In this document: positions 10,701 to 25,700 of the stretch, piece by piece
Layout: every line of letters starts with the position of its first letter
Numbering within the stretch: position 1 is the stretch's first letter
Source of the DNA: Tubiluchus corallicola
Lineage: Eukaryota; Animalia; Priapulida
DNA: 64,000 nt
Assembly (NCBI GenBank): GCA_030141605.1
Contig: JAQGDQ010000220.1
Span: 305,840-369,839, forward strand
Reading direction: 5' to 3'
Program-made: the position numbers and the translations under genes
Notes under the pieces: model-generated
Told to the model about the DNA's origin: nothing
The model's database searches: none
What the model saw: the letters and a program-made list of their open reading frames with translations, nothing else

Positions 10701-13700
10701 TTTAACATTTATAAAATGATGACAAAACAAGGGAAAAACTTACTTTGTAAAACTAACTCACAAAGATTCTATCATTTGTTTACCATGGCAAAGACTGCAC
10801 CTTTGTTTTTGGAGTAATATGTGAGATTCTGTGTGAAAAATTTTTGGATACAAGAGATATTTGTTTTGTCATACAAGTTTTACACATAAAAGGTTTATTT
10901 GAACAATAACGACCAAAACAGGCAGAGAGGTCTTTCCTGAGCATGGCTGAATATGAGTCTGACATTTTACCAAATTGTGCAAAATACTGAAAACCCTTAC
11001 AAGATTAACTCGAAAATTCAATTTTGAAAAATTTGTCTCATAAGTAGTATATTTGCTCAAGAATGACAAAATGTACTGATTCACAAGATTAACTATAAGT
11101 AGCAAGTGAGAGTTCCATACCTGACAAAAATAGTAAATGCAGGAGCCAAAAGATGAAGCCGAGGAGAAGAGATTCTGCAAGAAACCTCTGGTTTGGTTGA
11201 ACGTCGCAGCTACTTCCCAGATGCACTGCTTTTTCCACAGAGCGTACAGCATCAACGTAACATAGAACCGTTTCAAGACTTTTTCATTTTTGATCTAACA
11301 GAGGCACATGTGATGAGTGAGAATATAGTGCCGCCACTTTATTTAATGTCCCTCAGTTCAACTTGTGAGAACAAGCACGCACTAGTCACAAGTGTGAGTG
11401 CAGTTTGGATATGACTGCCGATTCATGACAGAACAAATAAACCATTGAAAAAAATTGTAGGATTTTTGTAAATCTTGAGTTGTGAGTGACTGTTATAAAA
11501 ATGTCAAAGAAATTACAAAAATGCAAAAAAGAGCACAGCATAATAGGAAGGTAACAAGTCACTAGCCAAACAACTATTTTCTCTATCAAGTCTGTTTGGA
11601 ATTCATCACTGTTTCGTACCAAATACTTTCAAAACACCACCATTCAAAGAAAATTTAAACATTTTCTGGATTTTTATAAGTATAAGTTGACTTGATTTTA
11701 GTGCTATCAAGATTGTTAGATGCTCATATTGAAAAATTTAGCACACACTTCTCTAAATAAAGAAGCGATATTTGTCACAATCTCAAGTATTTATAATATA
11801 ATCCGAATTACAGTTAAACTCCAGGAAAATACTGGCAGATATCTGTTACATGTTAAAGACATGCAACAGCTTAGCTTTACTGGCCACAGTTTGTGCTTAC
11901 TAAAAATAAGAAACGGTGAGTACTTCTTAGTAAACTGATGTGTGGGGAGTGATAACAGTTGTCACCTGCCTTACTGCACCGGATCTTTATGTTATTGAAA
12001 AAAGATATACAAGCATGCGAATACAGTTAAGAAAGAAAAAACATTTTCTCCCAATTAGGGTTTTGTAAAAAATGAAATAATGGGTGACAGGCAACAGAAT
12101 AAATATGGCTAATCTTTTCTGTACAATTTGGTGCACCGCATGCAGGCATGCACTCAAAGGTATGGACTACTGAAAGAGATGTTTATTTGTGCCCAGATCA
12201 TAGCTCATTAACAAGGATATGCCCTCTAAGCCCGAGATGACCCACTGATCCGGTAGAGTTATTTCAGCTATAATTCGAAGATGTATATACATTCTCCCTC
12301 CAGAAGTTCAATACAACGTTCCTTTAAGAAGTTTCAGTTTTGCACAAAGACAGAAAAAATGTTCTAACTAAGATTTTAAGATACTTTTAACTTTTTCTTA
12401 GTGGTTTTAACTTTATATAAGAGGAAATCTGGTGTGAAGGTGTCACTTCCGAAGAAAGTCTGGAACTTGATTTTGTGCGTTTTACTCATTAGATGATGCC
12501 AGCAAATATATATGCCCTAATTATGGCAGAGTTTGCGTTTAACTATTGTGTCTGCATTGTTTACAAATTCAGCATAACAGAAACGCAGTATCCAAGGAAG
12601 CCATTGCTAGAACAATTGTTTAATCCGTGATTTTCTAAAGTTTCATAGGCAAAATCCAATTAAATGTTTAGGGGAAAATGCAACTTCGAGGCCCAATTTC
12701 AGTAGGAAGGAAGTTATGAAATTTAGTAAAATTACCATCAAATTTTAAGTTACGGTTAGCTCTTTTAATTAAAGAAAATTTGTTTTTACATTAACTTTAA
12801 CCTTTAAGCATTCTAGGTTTGTGCATGATACTGCCAAAGCCAAGTATTGAACCCGCATCATCCACATGTAGCACGAAAACTCTACCGGGAGGCTGCACAA
12901 CTCGTCACAAAGCAAATGAATCTATACGGAAAATCCAACTTACATTTTTGACATTCTGCCCCGATGCTTTCCGCGTAACGAAACTTTCAGACACACCAAT
13001 TAACTCTGCTGCTTCCAACTCTTCTGGGGTCAGACAGGTTAGCTAAAAATAACCAAATTTACAGCTATTTTGAGATGTTTAAGTTTTGTGAATGTGTACT
13101 TGGTGGATAGTGTTACTTTTATCATTACTATTTACAATAACGACATTCATTCAGAGTCGCCACTGTTGCCATTATCGTGTTACTCATCACAATTGTCATT
13201 GTTGTCATCATTCATTATTATTTTTATTCTTTGATGCGAGTCTTTCTTTCAAAAGCACACACGTTCAAACTTCTATGTGTAATACCAGAAAAAACATACA
13301 TGGGACATTATTGACATTTCACAAACAATGCGTACGGTTAGAATAATTCTTGTCAATAGTGTTTTGGGATAAATGTAATCATCTTGGCAGTCAACTTGAA
13401 ATGAAATGCTTGTGCTAGCAAGAAAGTAATAAAGAATTCTTATGTGAAGCTGAATATCAGCCGGTTCAGCAAAAATAAGTTCCCGTAGCTAATGAATTGC
13501 ATATGCCACAGCATCATTTCTCAGATGTGCTACATGCTTTTGGTCTAGCGTTACTTGAAGCGGAAAAAAAGACAATTTAAAGTACAGCAAGTTGACTAAG
13601 TTCTTGCTTTCGACTCCCCGATTAGCAACGGTTCGTTTTAACACATTTGTCACTATTTTCTTACTTAAAGGCAGTAATTTTTTACTTAATTTTTTTAGTT

Positions 13701-16700
13701 TTCTCTGAGTTATTTTTATTTTATCAACAACATTTTTACTTACTTTAATTTGAAGCAATAAAACAGCACATATTGTGTTAGTCTGTTCTAAAAAATGCAC
13801 CACTGATACACCAAAATTGCTTCCTCAATCTTAATGATAAGATAAAGTAATATAAACCTTTGCTTAGTTAGTGAAGAATGCGAATAAATGCTCTGATTAT
13901 TTTTTTAGCTTTTACACAAATGTTGTCTAAGCTTGTTTCAAATGACTTACCATTAAAATAGCTGCACCTAGCAGTCATCATGGGAGTTTAAATTTACAAG
14001 TTTTATGCAGCGTTACTGCTAATGCAAGTTTTGTATGCAACAGGGCAGCATGTAAGTGATTCAAAATTTCACGGCAAATTTTATGCTCTATTTATGAAGA
14101 GCGTTTTCTTGTGCTTTAACTACGGACAAAGATCTGCCAAACAAAAGTCAAAATTACCTGATGCAAATATGTCATCCAAGATATTGTTACATTGTCTATG
14201 ACATCATACGGTGTGATCAGGTGCAAAAGATGCAAATGCGAAGCCAAGTTTAGCGCCAACCGAGCTTTAGCCAAGTCTGAGTAAAGCTTCGGACCAATGG
14301 TGACGTCAATCGAACCTATCAAATGAACATTAACATCAGTTAAAAGCAAAATTAACTTTTCATAGTTAGGTAACTTAGCAACTACAATTCTGACAGTGCT
14401 TTACATTAACTAATAAAAACATTCTAATATTTCAGAAAACTTCCTCCTTCAATGAGAGTACGACCCAATACAATATCGATAGGAAATATTTCGGAACTAG
14501 TTTTTCAGCTGAGCACTTGCTAACATTCATTCACTCTTGCCGGACTCAGCACTGATAAAATGTATAGTCAAACTAGTATCCCTTCGACAGACTGCGTAAG
14601 TACAATTGCAGACATGTAAAAATCTGTTTTTTGAACAAATGTATAACTTTTTAAAAACATCAACTGCGGTTTAGACTATAAGAAAACTCCGAGATTCTTG
14701 GAGACTATCGCTGTATTCTCATTATAAAGCTCTGAGAAAGTACTGAAGTTACCTTTAAAAGTCGCCTGGCCAAGTCTTGTTATCGTTAGTCCCTCTACCT
14801 TTTCTTGTATAAGGCCAGCAGTTAATAGCTGCTCAAGAGCTGAAGATGTTAAGCCTTGAATGTCTAACGTACAGTCCACATTTTGTACAGACAACAGTGT
14901 GTGTTTTACTAAATTTGCTATTTCTTCTTTGCTGCAAACAATCTAAATAATAATAATACAAACTATACTGTTTGATATACTGAGGCTTGCAAAATCAGCT
15001 CCAGTTGTCCTCGTATCGTTTTACTCTTACAAAGCAACAACAACAGCAATTAGTTAAAGCACAAGAAAACACTCTTCATTAATAAAGCTTAAAAATTCAT
15101 CTTGAAATTTTGTATCACTTAGATGCTGTCTTATTGAATACAGAGCTTGTGTTAGCAGTAACGCTGTATAAAGCTTGTAAATTTAATCTCTCTTGAAGAT
15201 CGTTAGGCACAGCCATTTTAACGGTAGGTCATTTGAGATAAGTTTAGATAACATTGTGTAAAGTTTAAAAAAATAATTACAGCATTCATAGCGCAGTCCT
15301 AGCAAAAGTTAAAACTAGTTAATATTGTCAATATATTCAATAATACCGTATTTGTGGTGAATCAGTAGTGCACACTGGGATGGCAATGTAGTGCCGTTTT
15401 ACAAGGGGGTGCAAGTATACATTAAAAATTTTCTTTTCCAATTACACCAGTCTTTCAAACAGATAAGTGTAAATACTAAGTAATATCTTTGTGTAGGACG
15501 TTCTTTGTGATATACTTTAAAATACCTTTTCTTTACTTTTAACTTATTTAAGATTATGTGCCAAACAATGCATTATTAAAAGATACTTAAAAGGTTTTGA
15601 AAGGTTTCACATTACCTTTAAACCTACAGCAGAAAGGAGAAGCGAGTTCAACCCCCGACCTTCATCGTAAAGAAGGCTGCTCCTACACCTTCCAAATGAT
15701 CCTCCAATGATGTCAAGTATCTATAGGAAGGAAAGAATCTGTTAAAAAGAGAAAAACAAAACCAAACATAGCCAACAATGTTTTACTAACTGACATTTAA
15801 GTTTTTCTAAAATGGATAAGATGTGCTGAACGTGGTGTAGGGTGTGGCGCCTCTACTTTGAAGAGCATGGGGATTTTCTCTTTTATTGCTGCACGACCCT
15901 AAATAGTTTGTTGCACTGGATGAAGTTTCACGCTAGTACAACATTCACAAAGTTGAGAGCACAGCCTTGTGTTAGAGCTTTCAATCTGACAAAGTTAATG
16001 GAAAACTGGGAGATTGATTAGAATCAATCTCATTTTAATTTACAGTCCAAAATATACATTTTCTTGCCTACAAAAGTTAGCAATTCTTTCTAATATTTGA
16101 ATCATTACTGTGTTTAGTTAATTAATGGCAACCAAATGCAGCTATCGCTTACGTCACAAACTAACCACAGTTTGTGCAATCGTAGGCATCTTCCCTGCAC
16201 GTCAAGCCCATTTGCGTAAGCGAAACTTGGTATGAGACACTAATGTGATATCACGAAAAGGAGCACTATGTCACACTGATGTCACAGACGAACACTGCAG
16301 TTCATGCTCATGCTTATGATGGCAGTGCACCTATTTGTCAGCCATGCAAATGTGACAAAAAGCCTCCAGTTTCTGTGGATTTGCTGAGCCGCGTATAGCT
16401 TCGGAACTTTAGCAAAATTTAACTATGCCAGGTAATTACTACTTAATCTAAGTTTTGATTTATAAAAGCTGTTGTAATTCTCAATATTTTAGAGCAAACT
16501 TTATTTTGAACTAATGTTTACACAGTCGTCTGGTTTTCCTTTAACACATTACCATGAAGAAGAAGTAGAAGAAGAAGAGGATAATTCCAGAAACGTACAA
16601 AGTACAGAAATACATAATGGTAAACTGCAGCAGGGGTATAATTTATCATAAACCGTACGATTTTGCTTTTTGACGCCCCCTACACCCGTCAACTGCAACA

Positions 16701-19700
16701 CAGTTATGGAAAGACACATTTACATTAAATGAAGTCACTTACCTTGTTTTTGTTTTGTGACTGCGTAACAAGAACGCTCTCCCCCGATGAATCTATACCC
16801 GCTCTACCAGCCCTGCCCACCATTTGTTTATATTGACTCCTACTCAGTGCTTGACTGCCTACAAGAGGAGCACGCAATATGACGCTGAAATAACGAGTGA
16901 TTAGATTTAAATTTGTTTCGACTTTCAACGAAGTTTCTGAAGAACAAAATATTTAAAAAATGAAAAAATGCGCGAAATTATAAAATAATGAATAATGAAT
17001 ACAAAAAAGGATAGATCAAACTGGTAAACAAATCAACAAACAAATTAGCGAACAACCAAACCAACAAAAATGATAAAACAAACAAACGAACAGACAGACA
17101 AACAAGCAAACAGGCAAACAAACAAGCAACAAACAACAAATCGATCAAACAAAGAAACAAGTAAACAAATAAATAAAAAACGACTCTTTACATACTCTAT
17201 CCAAAAACAAAACAAGCAATTACAAGAAACATGAAAAAAATGAATACCGTAACTTCTAAAATGAATAAAAGTCGAGTAAAACCGAACGCTGCATAGCAAT
17301 ATCTGCAATATCTAAGAAAAGTTAACAACATAGTAATGTGAAAACCAATATAGATGTCTTACCGTTTAGCAGGCAAATTGACACCAGCAGCTAAGGTGGA
17401 TGTACAAGACAACATACACAGAGTACCAGCGGAATACGCTTCTTCAATTAATTTTCTTTCATCTACCGTCAGGCCGCTGTGATGATACGCTATTCCATAC
17501 TGCAAGGTGTATCGCAGTACAGGACAAACCTGGAAAAATCTCTTTATCAAATGAGTAATAGAGGTGTGCGTCAAACGTTTAAATTCACTTGAGCGAGTTT
17601 TTTAATTCGAGTTTGATTCAAATCTAAAATTATAGACTGAATAATTCAGCACATCAGCTACAGGCGAACCTCGTTATACAGCCCCCCATTATAATGCCAG
17701 CTATTGCCCTTTCCCGATATCTTAATATATTAAACATAGAGAATACCGCCAACCTCGCCTACCGCCATCCTCCAACGCATCTGCTGTGCCAAAAGTCTAT
17801 TTTATATAATAAATTTACCCCGTTATAATGCCAGCCAGGATGAAATACAATGAATTGTTGCTGAAAAACACCCAATGTGTTGTGTTGTAGAAACAATGAC
17901 CTCTCGACAGAAAACAATTAAGATTTAGGTCTTGTCTTCAGTACTGAACTGAGTGGCTACATATTTCTCTTATCAGGAGACAGCAGCATTACACCTGCAA
18001 TAACTTTGTTAATGCAGCAAAAATGTACAGTATTACACATGTATTATTGTAGGTATAATAATATTATACTATTTATGACATACTATAATTAACTAGGAAA
18101 CAAAATAGAGTTTACAGACTGGAATGGCTTTGATACATTTTAATGAACCTCGCCTTACAGCCAACCCCATTATAGCGTATTGTGGTGCACCTGTCCTGGC
18201 GTTATAACAAGGTTTGACTGTACATATATTCTTTATCAATAAAACATATGAAACATCATGCAATCTACACAATTTAGCTCCAGTTTTTGTGTACAATATG
18301 CATGATCTTTGCAAGACTGTTTTTCATTAACGATTTGAAAATCTTTAAAAGTGAATTCGGATTTGAAATTTTGAAATTTAGTTTGATTCTAGTTCAAGTC
18401 AAATATTCTATTCAATTTGAACTTGCTTACAGATAGAGAATGTTCACCTCTACTGATAACATGGTTCAAAGCTTGACTGTTATATGTTCCACTTTCCTAA
18501 TAGTTTCAGTCCTGAGTTAACAGTAAAGCAACGTTCTGGTTTACCAATTATCTTGGACGCCCTCAAAAGATAGGCAAAATAGTGTTGTGCAGTGCAGCCC
18601 AAAAAAAGAAAATCAACCTTAGTTAGCTGGTCTTTATTACAAATTTTGTCAGTGAACTGTTGAATGAATTAAAAAGGTCTTAGGTTCAAGTATGAGATGC
18701 CAAATTAGCTAAATTCATATTTTCTCGCAGTTTGTAATCTTAGAAAATTACAATCACTGTAACGCAACCAGTTTAGTTTGTTACATAGCATATTTAGCTC
18801 ATCATGAAATTTAAAGCTAATTACACAAATACTTGCAGTGTAGTAGCAGAAGCAGGAGTAGTAGTAGTATAATGAAAAAGGCACAAATAAATAAACAAAT
18901 AAAGGGCTTTCAAAATAAGAACAATAACAATCACTTGCAGGATTTTAACTATGGTAACAGAATAAATAATTTCCTCGGTGTGTTTGATAAAGCTGACAAA
19001 GAATATTAAAAATGATTCACCTGTGCAAAAAAAGTTACAATTACACTCCAAAAATATAAATGAAAATTCTATGCGAAAAAGACATGAAGACATCATGTGT
19101 ATAAAGTCTGTAATGACAATAAATTATAGAATTTCACAACTTGCAACACAGAAATGTTCACAACTTGAAACATTAGTCTCTCTTATCGAATAACAGCAAG
19201 CAATTATAGCACCAGGGAAGTTCACAATTGCAACTATCCATCCACCCACCTGCCCATTTCCTTCTTGTACCAAAGCGGCATGAAGAGCCTTGCGTTGCTC
19301 ATGCTTCACCTGACGTAATTCCTTTGGCAGAAGTCGACAGATCATCGTCGCCACGTTCTCACAGTTCTTCTTAGTCGGACAAAAAATGAGACAAGAGTTG
19401 CTGGGAATGACGTCCATCACCAGGGCCATCAGGTGGTCGGGGTCAATTTTCTTCTGTTCCGGATTGTACTGTACATGAAGAGAGAAAAATAAAAAACTGC
19501 AAATAAGGAAGAAATAAGGAAGCAAGTGGAATAAGGAATCACAACATTCTTGAATATATTACTCTGATAATAATCATAAAAGATTTTTTTTTAAATTATA
19601 TAAAAAGCCTATGTAACTCACATCCTACTAATTTTAATTATTTTAATTTATTAAAATAGACTATTTAACTAGCAGGATGTAATGTGGTTAAAGCACAAGA

Positions 19701-22700
19701 AAACATTCTTCATAAATAAAGCTTTAAAAATTTGCTTTGAAATTTTGTATGACTTACATGCTGTCTTATTGCATATAGGGCTAGTAACTGTAACACTATT
19801 ACTATTAGCTGTAACACTGTATAAAATGTTTTATAAATTTAATACATTTATAACTTTTAAACATTTTATACATTTAAACTCCCATGATGACCATTAGGCA
19901 CACCCATTTTAACAGTAAATCGTTTGAAACAAGTTTAGATAACACTGGGTAAAATTCGAAAAAATAATCAGAAAATTTGTAGCACACACTCTGTTAACTG
20001 AGCAAAAGCTTTCTTTTCCAATTACACAAATTTTTCAAATATGTAGGCATAATGTTAAATAATATAACTTTATGAAGAAAGTTTCTTGGGATATACCATA
20101 ACATTTCTTTTTTTCCCTTTAACAAAATTATTAACTAGTTTAAAGATGTTTTTGTTAAATTAAGTGGCATGGAGTTCCCTAATCAGAAATAATCAACTAC
20201 AGGCACTATTAAAAGGTATAAGCTCTGCTATTCAAAAAATGTTTGCAAGTTTTAAGCAATAACTGTACTGCACAGGGGTATACTGAACAGTGGTATACTG
20301 AACAGCGGTTTACTGAACAGTGGTATACTGAACTTATTATTTTCACTGGTTGTATGGTTTTTTATCTTCTAACTCTATAGTAAAAAGCACTGAGATCTTC
20401 AGATGGAGTGCACTTTCAAGAATAAACTATTAGACATAGATCGAAACATAAGCAGTTTTCTACAAATGAGAACAAATATCTAGAAAACGGAATGATTCAG
20501 CAAATCTAGGTCATAGATCACCTGTTTACGAAAAGCAATTTCCTTTCTATTTTACTCTATTAAAAAGCTTACCGGATAATCGAGTATTTTTATATGTTTC
20601 AGCAAATCATCTGGGCAAAGAGCTGCCTGATGGATTTCAAACAAATGATCATCCATCTTGACGTATTCTGTCAGTGCCACCTACAAACATGGTACAGTTA
20701 GCAAACTAAAAGTTAGCACTCTAAATTACGCTAGGTCAACCTTAAGTCAACTCAAATTACTTCAAGCAACTAAAATTGACATAATCGACATACAGGCCTG
20801 AAGTTATTCAAGTAAAGCTCAGCATTCAGAAATGTGCAGAGGTCTGAAATGTTGCTTAACGTTGCGCTCATGCCGATGATCTGTGTAGAACCTGAAAAAA
20901 AGAGATAAAATTTTACTTCTCACTCTCTCTCTTAATATTTTATTTTCTCTGTTCCAGCAATTGATCGTGAAAAGGTCAAGGGTTAAGTGCACCATTTATG
21001 TATACTTGACAATGCCTCGCAACCCAAACTACTGTAATAGTAACTGTTTTAATAGCTAGCTAGAACCTTAACTAGTTCATTTTTTCTTGTTAACAAGCAA
21101 AATCCTGCTAGTAAGTCACTCTACTCACAAATTACTGCATAATTAAGTAAAGTCCACGTAAAATAACTGAAGTCACTGAACTGAAGTGGGTAAAGCCTTG
21201 CTTTACCCACGCATCACATGACGGTTGTAATTAAGACGCATTGCTGTGGCACACTTAACCTTTGACCTACAGCAACTGTACGTGTGCACAACGAAACTGT
21301 GAAAAGGCTTATCGCCAATCAACACAGATCTTGGCTAACACCACATTTTCTTAATTAGCATTTAACGTATGTGTGAATCTCGCAAACCTACTCGACAGAT
21401 TTTTACATCTTCAACAACCTGCCTGATCTTCTTAATCCTGGCTGTTTTAGATCCGCATAAAGTTTAAAATACTCACACTGTGAGAAAAACCAGGATCTGT
21501 CCTTGCTTTCCATGACTACATGCGGGATGTAGTCTCACAAGATACATGTATTTGGACTTGTCATTGACCTTACCTTACTTGTTTTATAAACGCAAGAGTA
21601 CGGAGAGCTGCATGTGAATACAGGCAAAAGAATTTTGGCTGATTAATTAAGTCACCTTGTGGGTCAAGCAGCAGCCCCTATTTTCACTCGATATTATCGA
21701 TAATTCAATAATTATATAATGAGTCTTTTTTCAATTTTTTTCTTTATACTTGTACATATAATTCTTAAGTTTAATGTCTGTAGCCATCCTCTAGTTCATG
21801 AAAAAATGACAAAAATCCTTGTATGGAACTGTGTGCTTCACATGAGGCCATGCGCATATGTCTGAGAAAAAAAAGCTAGAAGCTAGATAGAGAGAGCACT
21901 GTCACACCCTGTTGTGCAAGTGTATAGTAGAATTTCTTTTTGACTAAATTTTCTTTTCATATGTTTGTTTCGTCTTACTCAATATTACAACAATGGATAA
22001 ATTTTTTCAGAAGTAATTCAGTACCCCACTAATTTTAACTATGAGCCGCCACTGGCCATAGGAGTGAGAAAAAGCTTTGAAACAGACTGAAGAGAGTCGA
22101 ATGTGTTCTCACAGATCTTGCAATTTAGCAGAACAAGTCTACTGTGAGTTGGACGCATTTGTGTCTATAAAAACCTGTGAATTCTCGTCTATTGGAAAGA
22201 GTTGCTAATGTCTGTGAAGAATTTTTGTGGCTTAGCGCAAACCTGCAAAAACCTGTGTTATTCTGTGAGAATGTGAGAAGTTCGGGGGCTGTGACTTTTG
22301 TGCAATGACCAAAACTGCAAAACGTGCTAAAAATTTCACTTTTTTTCAGCTAAAATCACCAGAATGTCACACAACATGGTAGCGCGAGTTTGGCGACTTC
22401 TACGGCACTTCTACATTCCAGTCGGGTGTATTGCAATTATTTCATGACCATTTCACAGAATTTTCAACAAAGACAATGCAGGAAAACCGAGGTTCTCTAA
22501 AGTATTGCCAAAATGATGAAATGCTGTCGCAAAATCGTTGCCATCACAGCATTCTCAAAAAGGTCTCAAAATGTTCTTCAAGTTTTCAGGGATTTTGAAA
22601 TTATTGATGAACATCGCTAATTTACGACAGTTTGGCACAGGTTTGACAAACTTTAAACATTTTAAAACTTTCTGTTGAAAGCGGCAACCTTTTGGCAACA

Positions 22701-25700
22701 ATGACGAACACCCGCGCATGTTATGCAACTATTTGGGGAACTTTTGGAGCATATTAAGTGAATTCTGGAGTTATAAATTTTTGCATAGCAAAGTTGCAAA
22801 CCCTGTGAAAGTCTGGCTTAAGAAGTGATTAACCTATGAGACAAATAAAGATTATTAACTTTAGATATGTCCAAGCTGCAACGCTACAAATAACGAAGCA
22901 ACAAAGCTAACGAATTAACATTAATCATGCCAACAGAAATTAAGGTTTTAATGGTTTTCCATAAGCCAATCATATCACCCCATTCATGACTAGATATAAA
23001 TCATAGGCAGCACAAAGCAAAACTCACTTGATACATGCATCAGTTTCGTCAACATGATTTCTAGGGCAGCTCCTCGACTTCCGCCTTCTCCTAACATATG
23101 CAGCTATATTGAACAAAAAACTCGTGCTCAATTTAAGCTGTAATTATGATAATGTAACTCATGCAAAAAGTACAATGCATAGTTAAAGTAGTTAAAAGTA
23201 AAGCACAAAAGTAAATGAAACTGGCTTTAATATTGTACAGTCAAACAAGTAGAATGCCCATCAAAAGTGTAGAAATGCAGATCACCCCGAAGCACAATAT
23301 ACAGCAGCTTACAGTATGTTCAGACTAGTGAGTTTTCTCAGCAATTAAACTCGCCAAGTAACCCACAAAGCAGTTCACACTTGAAAGTTTGCTGTTAGGG
23401 ACAAAACTCGCGATAGAAAACTTGCTAATCTGAAAGGGGCATTACAAGTTACAACTCTGCATTCTTCTTTGCCTGAGACCAAGCATCGTACAGTAAATTT
23501 CCATACAGTAAATACAGTCATTGAGGAAATTTAAATTACAAATTTCATACGGAGTTACTGCTAACACAAGCTCTGTATGCAATAAGACAACATGCAAGTG
23601 GTTCAGAATTTTAAGATGGATTGTTGAAGCTTCATTTATGGAGAGTGTTTTCTTGTGCTTTAAGCTTTTCATTCCTAACAGGTGAATTTCGTTTTACTTT
23701 TTTGGAAGAAGTTCACCTTTGTCGTTGTCATTGTCATTGTGCGTTAATGTCATTGTTAACTGTAACTGTGTGAAAAGATAGTTAACGTAACAAAACTATA
23801 TTTCAGTTCTGTTATGTTACCTCATCAACCACAACCAGGCCCAAACGATCCATTCTTTCCATCTCAATCATGCTGTTTATTAGAGAATGAGCTTTTTCTA
23901 TTGTACAAACGAACAAACTGTTCCTCTTCCTTCTTTTTGTTGGTGGGAATTTTCCTTTACTTCCTGCATACTCTTCTAGGATGAACTCTAACTCCACTGA
24001 AAATGGGGACAACGACTGCACCTAAAAGAAAAAAAAGCAAATTTTTCAACACAAATATTTTAAGCTTTATTTATCAGCAGTGTTTTCTTGTGCTTTAACA
24101 ATTTTTTAAGATTTTTTTCAATTTTTTATATTTTTAAAAATAATCCTAAAATTTAAAATTTTTAAGATTTGTTAAGAATTCTGTTTGCCAACAGATTAGC
24201 ATTTAACTATATGATGATGAACCACTCTTTTGAAAAAATAAAGGCTGATGAGTGTTGACGTTCATGGATTGCCTAGGTCATAAATAATTACAAATACAGA
24301 TTATAATTATGTAAAGAAAAAAATGAGCACAACAAGCATGTACATATTTATTCCAATCTCACAAAATGTAGTTCTACATACCACACTACCTGGCGATCAA
24401 AAACATTACATCTTCGAAAACAGCAAACAAAAGAAATAATGAAAAGTGGTGCAAGGATAAAAACATACAGCATAAACTTATGTGATCAGTAGTTCTAAAC
24501 AATCACCTTTTCTTGTACAATAGATACATAGGGAAGAATAAAGATGGTGTCTTTCTTATGACAAATCAGCTGCTTAAATAAGAGGATTTCAGCAACGAGA
24601 GTTTTTCCACCGCTGGTTGGAAGAGAGTAGACCAAGTTTCTTCCCTTCTGCACTGCAGGTAAGTTCAAACATTCGTCTTGCCAATCTGGAATAAAACTGA
24701 GCTAAAAAATTCATCCATTTTATACAACAAGGCAGAGTAAAATGTTGAAAATTTTCTCCAGTTTAAAAAATAATTATCAATGTGTTAATATTAATTATGA
24801 GATAATTTATATTAAGAAAGACTATAGAAGACAAAGTTAATATTTACACTGTTAATGGATCTATGTACACAAATTAAATTATACTTACAAATTCAAAAGC
24901 ATTTTGTATTTCTACAGCAAAAAAAAACACTTAATGAAGCTCATTGATAAGTTTTACTAAAAAAATGAAGGCTTTATCCGGGTTCCTAATTTTTCACTAA
25001 ACGAATCTAACCTGATGGTAAGTACAGATTTGGCAAGTGTGGCTAATTTAAACAGGCTGTGTATAAAAAAATGCATATCAACTGAGTATTAAAAAAAGAA
25101 CCATTTTGGTAACAAATGAGTAAAATTTTTTGAACGTTTCTGTATAGATTTAGTCGCTGTAAGAACAAAAGACGTCAAGCCCTGAATTAGATTCTTTTAT
25201 GGTATCAGTCGCTTATATGTGATGGTACAATTTGTGTTACACTGTTAATAGCACAGAAATGTCTCAAACCTCAAACAAAACCATAAATGTTTTCAGAGGC
25301 TTAGTAAGGGGGGGGGGCACAGGGGGCAATCGAATGTGTGCAGGCACAAACACGAGAGGGTGCAAAATTCTTCTAGAATTTAATGGCTGTTTATTCTTAA
25401 TTACTAATTAGACATTAGCAATTCACAAAAGTTAACAAACTACAGCAAAATTGTGTAGTCAGAGATCGTAGTAGCTGACTTAGTTACTTAAATACAGCCT
25501 ACAAAAAAGTTAATGTTGTTACATAACGGGGTGTGTAGGGTGGTGTGTGGTTTAGCAGATCGATAATTTCGGAAGAAACAGTGGCGTTATGCTCTAAAAT
25601 TTAAAGGAAGACAGGATTTTTCATTTTTCATATAGTACCCCCCGTTGTCAAGTCCGATAAAAGTTGTACATTTTAACACAATACTACAAAACGTTTCTGA